DNA of 64,000 nucleotides from an uncultured Planctomycetota bacterium (GCA_963845755.1 CAWJTV010000020.1:192001-256000), one strand, 5' to 3'; counted from the stretch's first letter, positions 31,914 to 42,436 are shown. The notes: generated from the sequence alone by a model not told the origin. Numbers and translations: made by a program.

Positions 31914-33498
31914 TCACTTCTTCGAATCGCCGAGTCCAGGAGATGCCCCTCCCGGCAACCGGACGGTCAGTTCCTCGGCCTTGTGTAGCACCGCACTCAA
32001 ATCGCCCGTGGCCGCGATCGTTCCCTTCCGATCGAGGAGCACCGCGTGCGGGATCCGGCTCACTCTGTACCGCTCGTAGAGCCAGCCCCACGTCGAGCCT
32101 TTCTCCGGAGCGGCCACGTTGACGCAGACGGGGTATTGCATGTCGAATTCCTTCACGACCTTCCGGATCGCATCCTCGGTGCTGCCCGGCGGGTGGATGC
32201 CGATCACCAGGATGTCCGCCGGGTGCCTCTTGTGCAAGGCGGCCAGCCCCGGCAGGTCGTTTCGGCAGGGGCCGCACCATTCGGCCCAGAAATCCAGGAT
32301 CACGAGTTTGCCCGCGAGCTTGCCCACCTCCAGCGGCCGGCTGTTGAGCCATTTCGACTCGGCCGGGAACGGTGCCGCGGGCCGGCCGATCAGCGCCGCC
32401 TGCTTCTGCTCGTACGACCGGTCGCGGTTCTCGCGCGCCTTCCCCTCGGCGATGATCTTCGCCCACTCCTCCGGCGGGATCACCGCCTTATGGCGGTACC
32501 GTAGGGGCGGGTCGTGCGTCTGGTCGTTGACCCACGCCCCCTCCCGGAAGGACACCGTGAACAGGGCGTCGGGCAGGGACGGGTTGACCGTCGACTCGGT
32601 GATGGTGACCGTGTGCGTCAGGTCGAGGAACGGCTTGCCGTCCTCGCCGGCCGAGAAGATCACCAATCTCTGGGTCATGGGAAGCCAGCACCCCGGCGCC
32701 ACCTCCTTCTCGTCGCCCAGCGTGAACTCAAAAACCGGATCGATGAGCCGGTGCATCGCCTTCTCGTTGGCCCGCGACGGCAGGTAGATCCGACTCCTCA
32801 GGTTCGCGAGCGCGCCCGACCGGATTCCGTGCAGTCGCCCTCCGATCGCCCCGATGAAGAGCGACGTCCACGAGGCCCGGTGATTCACCACGTGGCACGA
32901 TGTCCCGTGGAAGTCGGCGAGCCCGCCGTACGCGTAGTCCTCGGGCTTGCCCAGCAACCGGGTGATCGCCTCGACGTCCTTCTCCTGGTTCCACCAGAAG
33001 GAGTGTGGCCCGGCCCGGAACGAGGCGAAATGTGTCCAGATGTGCCAGTAGAGCCATTGCTCCGGGTTGCGGTTGATGAGGTAGCCGTCGCGGTCGGGGG
33101 CGTAATCGTAGTGGTTGGCGAGGATGAACCGGGCACCATCCCACACCCGCAGGTCGTCGTCCTCTCCCACCGTCGTGACCCGCAACCGCACTCGCGAGCG
33201 GTCGAACGCGAGGTCGACCCGCCCGTCCTTTTCCGGCTCAAGGTCGCGGAACTTCGAAACGTCGGCCCCGGGGAACTGCGCCCGCAGCTCTTTCGTCCGC
33301 TTCTCGATCCCCCGCGGAGACCGTACCGAGTGCTCGTCGGCCCGGATCCGCAGGCTGCTTACGCGCTCGATCCACGCCTCCCGCGCCGCGTACCTGCCGC
33401 ACCAGGGCCGCCGCGTCGGGACCCTCGTCGGCCGTCGCGACCGCGACTGCAAGCCACAGCACCGTCCCGCCCGCCATCCCGGACCGCCCGATCTTCAT
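31914..33498 (-). CDS. Secreted TlpA-family thiol-disulfide oxidoreductase with long N-terminal domain, frameshift near 33395
   Basis: GKLVILDFWAEWCGPC..IPHAVLLDRKG; the signal peptide is in the 33498 frame. Confidence 0.82.
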
Positions 33499-33881
33499 GG
33501 GTCGGCTCCCCAGCCACGATACCCGACAAGTGTTCGAGGCTCAGAGCATCTTACAATGGTCATAGACCCACGGCAAGTTCAGGGAGCGTCACAGGGGTTC
33601 CCGGGAAATGGCGATCCTGGCATGCTTGGACGCTTACGGACAGCGCCACAAGAGCACCTTGATCGCTTCAGTTATTTGTCAACACGGGCTGGTGGGGTGG
33701 TGGTCAGTTCCGATCAATTCTAGTGATGGGTTCCCACCCGGCCTGCTGCCGGGTGGGCAATCATCCGGCCGCGGTACCCTCAGAGAATGGGTCTCGGGCT
33801 TGCCACCTAAGCCCTTATTGCCTAAGATGAATCGTCCGATCCTCTCGTCATGTGGACCGCAGGGGGTTCTGGGAAGGAACC

Positions 33882-34337
33882 ATGCCGATTACCTTCACCA
33901 AGCTGCGTCTCTCATGGTTCGCCCTGGCGGCGTTTGTGGGTGCGTCCCAGGTGACGGGCGATGCATCGGCGGCCTGTGGGTCAATGCCGGCCACCGGGGC
34001 GTGTCCGCGGGTTCGCGTTTGCTGCAAAGGATCGGAATCGGCCACGTCGATCCGGACCGCCGTTGCACCGGCGATTGCCCGTCAGGTCATCCTGTCGCCG
34101 AGCCGGAACATCTGCCCGGATATTCCCGGATGTCATTGCTGTCCGCAAGCTCCGACCGCCCCGCAACCCAGGGGACGGCATGCCGAGGAAAGCCGTCCCG
34201 ATCCGGGCCGCAGTGCGGAGGCCGGATGGCTCGATCTCGGCGTCGTTTTCCGGCCGTTTATCGGTCCGGTGCCGCCGACAGTCAGCCCGCCGCAGACATC
34301 CCCTCTCTATCTCCGCAATTCCCGGCTTCTGATCTGA
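33882..34337 (+). CDS. Cys- and Pro-rich exported leader-like protein (151 aa)
   Basis: GGAAGGA RBS; signal-like N-terminus; 8 Cys (CC, CHCC); ends PVPPTVSPPQTSPLYLRNSRLLI*. Confidence 0.7.
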   Translation: MPITFTKLRLSWFALAAFVGASQVTGDASAACGSMPATGACPRVRVCCKGSESATSIRTAVAPAIARQVILSPSRNICPDIPGCHCCPQAPTAPQPRGRHAEESRPDPGRSAEAGWLDLGVVFRPFIGPVPPTVSPPQTSPLYLRNSRLLI

Positions 34338-34567
34338 AATCGCCCCTGCATCGAGGTCATCGAGATTCATGCGTTCGGCGTCCGTATTCGGCTCCCTGCG
34401 GGCCGGAGTGCCGCTACGCATCGGGTGTCGAGCAGTCCTGATGCCAGGGCTGAGGATGACGGTCCGTACTCATGGATCGTCATCCCCCTCCCTGTCAGGG
34501 GGCGGGAACGTGCCGCCCGCAACGTGCGTGCGGCCGATTTCAGGGTCATGAAGTTGGGAGACAGATC

Positions 34568-34888
34568 ATGAATCGTCGTCGATTGTTGGGCATGGTCGGG
34601 GCGTTAGCCTTGGCCGGCGTGATGGGCGTTGTTGCGGCCGCCGAGAAGACGAAGGCGGCCAAGGCAGCAGCGGACTGCTGTTGCGGTGATAGCTGCTGCT
34701 GTGGGGACGCCTGCCAGGATGCTTGCTGCTGCGGTCCCGACTGCTGCGGCGATGCCTGCTGCTGCGAGTCCACCACGAGCAGGGCGGCTGCCGTCAAGGT
34801 CGAGTCATGCTGTGTGGAAGACGTCAAGGCGGCGGCGGACTGCTGCCCGGCGACCACGGCCGAAGCCAAAGCTGCGGTCGTCCACTGA
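34568..34888 (+). CDS. Secreted Cys-rich metallothionein-like protein (106 aa, 19 Cys)
   Basis: GGGAG RBS; signal MNRRRLLGMVGALALAGVMGVVAAA; core DCCCGDSCCCGDACQDACCCGPDCCGDACCC plus two more CC pairs. Confidence 0.78.
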   Translation: MNRRRLLGMVGALALAGVMGVVAAAEKTKAAKAAADCCCGDSCCCGDACQDACCCGPDCCGDACCCESTTSRAAAVKVESCCVEDVKAAADCCPATTAEAKAAVVH

Positions 34889-34957
34889 GATTCGGGAGAG
34901 CCGGTCCCCGGCGGCACCAGGGACCGGCTCCGGTCAGAACCCGAAGGTCAGACGCAA

Positions 34958-34992
34958 GGGGCGGGACGCATCGAGCGTCCCGCCCCGTTTCC
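34958..34992 (+). terminator. Rho-independent terminator-like hairpin
   Basis: 12-bp stem GGGGCGGGACGC/GCGTCCCGCCCC followed by GTTTCC. A second 11-bp hairpin lies at 34898-34930. Confidence 0.7.
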
Positions 34993-35081
34993 ATTGTACG
35001 GTGATACGGCACGCCGGCTAGAATCGGCGGCCGTATCGTCTATTTCTGCACCGGGGAGTAGCATCCGAGAGTGACCCGACG

Positions 35082-35185
35082 ATGACAGCGTTCGGCTTCG
35101 CCTGCTTGATCGGTGTGTTCCTGCTTACCGCTTTGGTCAGTGTCGCGACGGGCGGCACTTCGCTCATCACCGTGGCGGCGATGAG
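35082..35185 (+). pseudogene. 5' fragment of a TauE/SafE-like membrane protein
   Basis: MTAFGFACLIGVFLLTALVSVATGGTSLITVAAM, then abrupt loss of similarity. Confidence 0.45.
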
Positions 35186-35725
35186 CCCGCGCCGCGCCCC
35201 TCTCCCTCCAGGTCAGCCGGCAAGGCCGGTTAGTCTCCACCTTAAATTTTTTTTGGAATTTTTTATCTGCCGCTGGGGTCAGGACTTCAGGCGGCTCGCG
35301 GCCAAAATCCGCGCTAGGTGCATTAACGCTTTCGAAAAGTTGCGGCATCCTGATAGATATGAGGATGCGCGATGACGACACGAAGCTGGGCCTCGGGACT
35401 GCGCCGACCGATTCGCCCAATCACCGCAACCCGTTCCCGGTCAGCGAGATCGGGGATGGAGCCCCGGCAAATAGATGTCCAGAAATGCCATCCTGTGCCT
35501 CAATTCTGCCCCGGGGTAAGGGATGGCGGGGTCGTTCCGAGAAGCCGGGTCGATCCCCGGAACGTTGCCGCCCCGCTCACCATCGCGGAACGGCGTGGCG
35601 ATCGGCGAGAGCTCTCGAAAAAACAAGAGACCATTTCCGGGCCGGTCGCTCGCCCGCGAAGCGATGATCGGAGGACCGCGGAATGGTTGGGACGGTCTAA
35701 AATCGTGGCTCACTATATATAGATG

Positions 35726-35754
35726 ATTTTTAATATGTTATTGATATTAAAAAT
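35726..35754. promoter_or_regulatory. AT-rich operator-like palindrome upstream of the E1/E2/SDR operon
   Basis: ATTTTTAATAT-N7-ATATTAAAAAT perfect inverted repeat inside a ~55-bp mostly A/T patch. Confidence 0.5.
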
Positions 35755-35985
35755 AATTAAATGACTAAATGATCGTTGTTGATCTGGCGCGGTGGGCCCG
35801 GGGCCGCATGCCCGGCTCGTGGAGGCGCCGCTTGGTGTGCGCCGCTCAATTGCGGTCCGCTCCCGATGCCCTGATCTCTGGCACCGCGGGACCCGGTCCG
35901 TACAATGGAAAGCCGGATCGTGGACCGATCGGGGTGAGTTCGAGGGCGTCCCTTCCAGCGCCGGAGCCGTTGAGGTGACCGACTG

Positions 35986-38004
35986 ATGGCGACCGTGACT
36001 TCGCGTGCGGAGTTGAAGGCCGAGCGACTGCTGGGCCTATACCGGCAGATGCAGACGATCCGGCGGTGCGAGGAGCACCTGGCGCGGGCGCATCAACGCG
36101 GGCTGGTGCACGGAGCCTGCCACACCTATGTCGGCGAGGAGGCGATCGCCGTCGGTGTTCTGCGCCACCTCCGCACTGACGATGTGGTCTTCAGCACGCA
36201 TCGGGGTCACGGCCACGCCCTGGCCAAGGGGGTGGCGCCGCGAGCGCTGGCGGCGGAGCTGATGGGACGCGAGACCGGCTGCTCGTATGGCCGCGGAGGC
36301 AGCATGCACCTGTTTGCCCCCGAGGTCGGCATGATGGGCACCAGCGGGATCGTCGGCCCGTGTATCCTCCAGGCCGCCGGCGCCGGCTACAGCTTCAAGC
36401 TCCTGGAATCCGACCAGGTCGCCGTGGCTTTCTTCGGCGACGGTGCCGTCAACAACGGCGCCTTCCACGAGGGGCTGAACATGGCCGGCATCTGGAAGTT
36501 GCCGGTCCTGTTCGTCTGCGAGAACAACGAGTTCGCCACGGAGGTCCCCTTCCAGTATTCGGCTGGAAATCCCGGTGTCGCCAGCCGGGCGGACTCCTAC
36601 GGACTGCCCGGTATCGCGGTCAACGGCAACGATGTCCTGGCCGTCTCCGATGCCGCGAGCGAGGCCGTCGCGCGCGCCCGACGTGGCGGAGGCGCAACCT
36701 TGATCGAGTGCAAGACCTACCGGACTCGGCCCCACGCCGAGGGCATGGGCGATTACACCTACCGGACCCGCGAGGATGTCGACCTCTGGAAGACCCGTTG
36801 CCCGATCCAGCGGCTTCGTGGGATTCTCATCGAGGAGTCGCTCGCCGGGGAGGCCGAGCTACAGTCCATTGATGAGGAGGTCGAGGCGGAGGTCGTCGCG
36901 GCCTTGCAGTTCGCCGAGTCGAGCCCATGGCCGAAGCCGGAGTCGGCCGCCGATCACGTCTACGCGGATCCGGCCGTTGCATCGCCGTCGAAAACCCCGA
37001 TCCGCAACACGGCACCGCAGTCCGGCGGGCGCGAGCTTACGTTCATGAAGGCGACGCTCGAAGCCCTGACGGAAGAAATGGCGAAGAACCCGCACATCTT
37101 CGTGATGGGAGAGGGGATCGGCAAGCGGGGCGGCAACTTCGCCACCACGTCCGGCCTGTTCGACAAATATGGACCGGTCCGCCTCTGCGACACGCCGATC
37201 TGCGAGCGCGGGTTCGTCGGGTTGTCGTGCGGCGCCGCGATGACCGGGACCCATCCGGTGATCGACTTCATGTTCGCCGATTTCGTGCTGGACTCGGTCG
37301 GCGAGATCCTCAATCAGATCGCCAAGATTCAGTATATGAGTCACGGCCGGATCCCGATGCCCGTGCTCTTGAGAGGCTGCGTCGGAATCGGGCACTCGGC
37401 CGCCACGCATCACTCCGGCAACTACTACGCGATGTACGCGCATTTCCCCGGCCTGCGCGTGGTCGTCCCCTCGACGCCCTACGACGCCAAGGGCCTGCTC
37501 AAGCGGGCGCTCAACTGCCGCGACCCGGTCCTGTTCCTCGAGCATCGCGAGATCCTCGGTGTCAAAGGACCGGTGCCGGAGGAGGAATATGAGATCGAGT
37601 TCGGCCGGGCGGCCGTCGTTCGCGAGGGGACGGACGTCACGGTCGTCGCCCTGGCGAGGATGGTCCACGAAGTCTTGAAGGCGCACGAGGCGCTCGAGCG
37701 CGAGGGGATCTCGATCGAGTTGGTCGACCCGCGTACGATCGCGCCGCTGGATTTCGACACGATCCACCAATCGATCCGGAAGACCGGGCGCTTGCTGATC
37801 GTCGACGAGGACTTCGCGCCCTTCGGCGTGGGTGCCGAGATTGCGGCCCGGATGGCGGACGTCGGTTTCGACGACCTCGATGCACCGATCCGCCGGGTCA
37901 ATGGCGTGCATACCCCGACGCCCTACAGCCCTCCTCTGGAGGCGGCTGTCGTCCCCGACGTGGCGGCTATCACTCGCGCCATCCGAGACCTCATCCGGGA
38001 GTAA
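35986..38004 (+). CDS. Fused E1 alpha/beta TPP-dependent 2-oxoacid/acetoin dehydrogenase
   Basis: STHRGHGH, GRGGSMH, FFGDGAVNNGAFHEGLN, DTPICE, HHSG, KTGRLLIVDE. Confidence 0.93.
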   Translation: MATVTSRAELKAERLLGLYRQMQTIRRCEEHLARAHQRGLVHGACHTYVGEEAIAVGVLRHLRTDDVVFSTHRGHGHALAKGVAPRALAAELMGRETGCSYGRGGSMHLFAPEVGMMGTSGIVGPCILQAAGAGYSFKLLESDQVAVAFFGDGAVNNGAFHEGLNMAGIWKLPVLFVCENNEFATEVPFQYSAGNPGVASRADSYGLPGIAVNGNDVLAVSDAASEAVARARRGGGATLIECKTYRTRPHAEGMGDYTYRTREDVDLWKTRCPIQRLRGILIEESLAGEAELQSIDEEVEAEVVAALQFAESSPWPKPESAADHVYADPAVASPSKTPIRNTAPQSGGRELTFMKATLEALTEEMAKNPHIFVMGEGIGKRGGNFATTSGLFDKYGPVRLCDTPICERGFVGLSCGAAMTGTHPVIDFMFADFVLDSVGEILNQIAKIQYMSHGRIPMPVLLRGCVGIGHSAATHHSGNYYAMYAHFPGLRVVVPSTPYDAKGLLKRALNCRDPVLFLEHREILGVKGPVPEEEYEIEFGRAAVVREGTDVTVVALARMVHEVLKAHEALEREGISIELVDPRTIAPLDFDTIHQSIRKTGRLLIVDEDFAPFGVGAEIAARMADVGFDDLDAPIRRVNGVHTPTPYSPPLEAAVVPDVAAITRAIRDLIRE

Positions 38005-38014
38005 AGGCGACGAC

Positions 38015-39259
38015 ATGGCCACCACCATTACCGTTCCCCGGCTCGGCTGGAACATGGACGAAGGCGTGTTCATGGGCTGGCTCAAGGAGGATGGCCAGGC
38101 CGTCCGTCCGGGCGATCCCCTCTTTATCCTGGAGGGTGAGAAAGCGACCCAGGACATCGAGGCGAGCGATGCCGGAATCCTGCGGATTCCCTCGACGGCC
38201 CCGAGCCCAGGCGATACGGTCGCCGTCGGCCTGGTGATCGGTTACCTCCTCGGCCCGGGCGAGACCGAGCCGGTGGGCGTCTCGCCTGCCGTTGAGAATG
38301 GCGCGGGGAGTAGCTCGGGTGGTCATGTGGTATCGATCGCACCGGAGGCGGTCGTGCTGACCGCGAGTGGCACCCCGGCCGATCGTGGCAATCGTCCACG
38401 GATCTCACCGCTGGCCCGTCGGCTCGCGCGCGAGCTGGGCGTTCAACTGGTCACGGCTCCACGGCAGTGGCTCGACCGGGCGGATCCGCAAGGTCGACAT
38501 CCTCGCAGCCGCCGGGGATCGCGACGATCGGGAGTCGCCCGCATCGACGCAGGTCGACCGGGCGACGCTACCGGGCCGGTCGGTACCGATCGGGCCGACG
38601 CGCCGGACGATCGCTGCTCGGATGATCGAGAGCCGTCACACGACCGCGCCCGTGACGCTGAACACCACAGCGGACGCGACGAATCTGGTGAACCTCCGGG
38701 CCCAGTTCAAGGCGGCCTCACCGCCGGGACGCGAGCTGCCCGGCTATACGGACTTCCTCGTCAAGCTGACTGCGTCGGCGCTCGGAGACCACCCGATGCT
38801 TCAGGCTCGCTGGGACGGGGATCGCCTCGTGATCCCCGACGAGCCGCAGATCGGGATCGCCGTCGATACTGACGAGGGTCTGGTCGTCCCGGTGGTCCGG
38901 GGCGCGCGGGCGCTTGGGCTGGGAGCGATCGTCGATCGCGCGCGCGATCTGGTCCGTGCGCTCGCGAGCGACGGCTCCGGCCGGACGAGATGCAAGGCGG
39001 CACGTTCACGATCACGAACCTGGGCTCCTTCGGCGTCGAGACGTTCACGCCGATCATCAACCCGCCCGAGTGTGCCGTCCTGGGAATTGGGCGGATCGTT
39101 CGCGAGCCGGTCATGAACGGAGACCAGGTCGTCGCGCGGGAGCGAATGAGCCTGAGCCTGACTTTCGACCATCGCATCGTCAACGGCGCGCCGGCCGCCC
39201 GTTTCCTCCAATCGCTCGTTCGGCTGATCGAAAACCCAGGCCCGTGGTTAATTCCTTGA
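38015..39259 (+). CDS. E2 dihydrolipoamide acyltransferase, frameshifts near 38440 and 38960
   Basis: Lipoyl EGEKA; E3-binding ISPLARRLARE..GSGSTGRI; GGTFTITNLG, FTPIINPP, TFDHRIVNGA. Confidence 0.88.
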
Positions 39260-39272
39260 AAGAGGACGGCCC

Positions 39273-40054
39273 ATGCGTTGCGACCTATCGGGAAAAGTCA
39301 GCCTGGTCACCGGTGCGGCCCGGGGGATCGGCCGGTCGATCGCCGACGCCTTCGCGGCGAATGGCAGCCGGGTCGTGTACACCGACATCGACGAGGCAGG
39401 CGCACTCGAAGCCGCGTCGGGGGTGCCGGGCGCCCTCGGTCGGGCATCGACGTGACCCGCACCGCGGACATCGAGCAGACCATCGACTGGATTATCGCAA
39501 CCTGTGGGCGGCTGGACGTCGTGGTGAACAACGCGGGCGTGAATACGCTGGCGCACCGCGTGACCATCGACCAGTTCCCGCGCGAGGAGTGGGACCGGAT
39601 CCTATCCGTCGATATCACCGGCCTCTACGAGGTCAGCCGATTCGCGGCACGGGTGATGCGGGCGCAAGGCTCCGGGCGAATCATCAATATCGCCTCGATC
39701 GTCGGCCTGGTCCCGCTCCGGCTCCAGTGTGCGTTCGTCGCGGCCAAGGCCGGCGTGGTCAACCTGACCAAGGCCATGGCGCTGGAGCTCGGCCCTCACG
39801 GAATCCTCGTGAACGGAATCGCCCCCGGTTCGACCCTGACCGAGGGCACTCGCAAACTCTTCTACAGCGAGGGGGGCCTGTTCCACGATTCGGTCAAGCA
39901 GATGATCGCCCACATCCCGCTCGGGCGGCCAGCGGAGACACGGGAGATCGCGGTCGCCGCGCTGTTCCTGGCCGACCCGGAGAATAGCTACATGAACGGC
40001 CACATGCTGACGGTCAACGGCGGCTGGACGGCGGGGTATGCCCGCGAGTTCTGA
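39273..40054 (+). CDS. SDR family oxidoreductase (atypical FxxxK), frameshift near 39440
   Basis: TGAARGIG, VNNAG, NIAS, AFVAAK, NGIAPG, VNGGW. Confidence 0.88.
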
Positions 40055-40076
40055 CCGGGCGACCGGAGTTTCGCCC

Positions 40077-41070
40077 TCAGTTCCGTGGGGCCGGTTTCTC
40101 GACTTCCGGCGTAGGTTTTCCCTTCTGTACGGTCGCTTTCGGCTCCTGGAGGTGCTGATCGAACCAGTTGAACGCACTGGGCGGCGTCCGCGCCGATGGT
40201 GAGCCAGCCGTGCCCCGCGCCCTGCTTGACCGACAACTTCGCCTCGACTCCGGCCTTCTTCAGCTTCTCGACGATCAGCTCGGATTGCTGGAGTGGGACG
40301 AGCTGATCCTGATCGCCATGGATGATGAAGGTCGGCGGGTCGTCCGGCGTGACGTGGTAGACCGGCGAAACCTGTCGGGCGATCTCCTCGAGGCGCACGT
40401 CGTCGGTGATCGACACCCAGAGGCGGCTCTGCTTGTCCAGCTCGCGATAGTCGAAGGCGGGCCGGTACGGCGGGCCGTGGTCAATCGCGTGGATCTTCCG
40501 ATTGCCGGGTTTGCCGTAGTTGAGAAAGTCGGTCGGCGGGAAGAAGCACGCGACAGCCTGAACGCGGCTGGATTCGCGATCCACCACATCTTTGGCATCC
40601 GACTTTCCGTCGTCTCCGGCCGTCCCCAGCATGAGCGAGAGATGGCCGCCCGCCGATGCACCGCACACACCGAGGCGAACGGGATCGATGCCGTAATCCT
40701 TGCTGTGGTGACGGATGAATCGGACCGCTCGATTCATGTCCTGGACGATCTCGGGAACCGTGAATCGCGGCTGGCTGCCATGGACGACGGCGAACACGGT
40801 GTACCCCCGATCGGTCAGCGGTCGAACGAAAGCCGGCTGGATGGCCTCATGTGAGGAGACGAACCCGCCGCTGACGACCAGGATCACGCCAATTCCCTTG
40901 GCATCCTTCTTCGGTGTGAAGACGTCCATGGTCAAAGCCGTACCGAACTTGCGCCCGTAGATCACGTCTTCTTTGCGGTCGAAGGGCGGTTCCTCGGCTT
41001 CAACGAAGGGGGTTCCGAGGGTCATGCCGGCCATCAGGGCGAAGAACATCCGAAACGTGGCTCGATTCAT
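40077..41070 (-). CDS. Secreted alpha/beta hydrolase (esterase/lipase), frameshift near 40172
   Basis: GASAGGHL, IIHGDQDQLVP, AGHGW. The alternate frame gives NWFDQHL..PRN* with stop at 40077. Confidence 0.85.
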
Positions 41071-41177
41071 GAGAGCGTCTCCAGGGGTGCGAATATCGGT
41101 TCCCACCAGCGGACTCTTGTCAGCATAACCAATGGACCGATCCACTGCCTCATTGGTGTTGCTGATTCCGCAACGCT

Positions 41178-42308
41178 TCAGGTGAGCTCGGCTCCGCCGG
41201 CTCCGGTTGATGGACCACCTAGCGCGAATTTTCCGGGGAGGACGACAACGTGCTCGGGCGCGACGGAGAGCGTCAGGCTCTGACCTTCACGAAGGCCCTG
41301 AGACTGGCTCTGGAGTACGGAGACCATGACGGGCCAGTCGCCAGGTCCACGTGCCTGGATCTGCCGCAACTCGCCCCGGAACAGGATGCCCTCAATGGTT
41401 GCCGGGAAGCGGTTCCAGCCGGCCGGGACGGTCGTCGCCACAGCCAGGGTGTCGGGTCGGATCGAAATGGTGACGGGCGTACCTTGGCCGGGTGCGCCGG
41501 GCTGGCTTCGGCCGATGAGCCGCCCGAGAGGCGTACGCACCACGACCTCGCCGCGCAGGTCGCCTCCCTGGCTTTCGATCTGGCCCTGGAGCAAGTTCGT
41601 CGGACCCAGCAACCGCGCCACGAACACATCGGCGGGACGGTTGTAGAGGTCGGCGGCCGGGCCGACCTGCACGATCCGGCCGAGGTCCATCACGGCCAGG
41701 TGGTCGGCCAGCGCCAGGGCCTCGTCGGGATCATCCGTCAGGACCAGCGTCGTGATCCCTGCCTCCGCGTGCACCTGGCGGAGGTCGTCCCAGCAATCCT
41801 CTCGAGCCCGAGGATTCAGGACGCCGAGCGGCGCATCGAGGATCAGCAGTTCGGGCTCGGTCACCAGGGCCCGTGCGAGGGCCGTCCGGATCCGCTGTTG
41901 AGGCGACAATTGGTCGGGACGGCGCCCGGCCAAGCTATCGATACGCAGGGCGGTGAGCGTCTCCTCGATCCGGTGGCGTCGATCTTGTCGCGACAACTTC
42001 CGGACCCTCAACGGATATCCGACGTTCTCGACCACGGTCAGGCCCGGCCATAATCCCAGGTCCTGGAAGACCATCCCCACGCCCCGGACCTGGGCTGGCA
42101 GCTTCTGGACCATCCGCTCCCCGAGATAGATCTCGCCGTCGTCCGCTGACTCCAGACCGGCCACGAGCCGCGCCAGCGTGGTCTTCCCCGCTCCCGAGGG
42201 ACCCAGCACATAGTTCATTCCCCCCGGACGCAACTCGAACGACGCCCCATCCACCGCCGGGATCGCACCATAACGCTTGACCAGACCTTCGAGGGTGACT
42301 CTTAGCAT
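41178..42308 (-). CDS. ABC transporter ATP-binding protein (PotA/FbpC-like, TOBE tail) with degenerate motifs
   Basis: Walker A GPSGAGKT and GMVFQ intact; LSPQQ, LLILDAP and LTDD replace the consensus. Confidence 0.85.
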   Translation of the reverse strand: MLRVTLEGLVKRYGAIPAVDGASFELRPGGMNYVLGPSGAGKTTLARLVAGLESADDGEIYLGERMVQKLPAQVRGVGMVFQDLGLWPGLTVVENVGYPLRVRKLSRQDRRHRIEETLTALRIDSLAGRRPDQLSPQQRIRTALARALVTEPELLILDAPLGVLNPRAREDCWDDLRQVHAEAGITTLVLTDDPDEALALADHLAVMDLGRIVQVGPAADLYNRPADVFVARLLGPTNLLQGQIESQGGDLRGEVVVRTPLGRLIGRSQPGAPGQGTPVTISIRPDTLAVATTVPAGWNRFPATIEGILFRGELRQIQARGPGDWPVMVSVLQSQSQGLREGQSLTLSVAPEHVVVLPGKFALGGPSTGAGGAELT

Positions 42309-42368
42309 TTTGAGCGGTCAATGGTATTTGGTCAGGGAATACAGTGTTAGCGACGATCCGAGAAGTGA

Positions 42369-42428
42369 GTAGGGAGGGTGAAACCCACCAGAATCGGGCC
42401 ACTTCTTGGTGGCTTTCACCCACCCTAC
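42369..42428. repeat. GTAG-type REP doublet (REPIN-like)
   Basis: GTAGGGAGGGTGAAACCCACCA .. TGGTGGCTTTCACCCACCCTAC; related copy at 61783-61838. Confidence 0.8.
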
Positions 42429-42436
42429 AAGAGCTT

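Noticed and set aside
33733..33757. 10-bp GC hairpin between divergent genes
   Set aside because: No U-tract, no gene end nearby and no second copy seen; function cannot be supported.
34568..34888. Cys-rich peptide as a RiPP precursor
   Set aside because: No radical SAM, YcaO, lanthipeptide or other modifying enzyme is in the window, and the N-terminus looks like an export signal. Not excluded if enzymes act in trans.
39160..39190. E2 motif DHRIVNG instead of DHRxxDG
   Set aside because: Asn at this position occurs in active E2 enzymes such as Azotobacter E2p.
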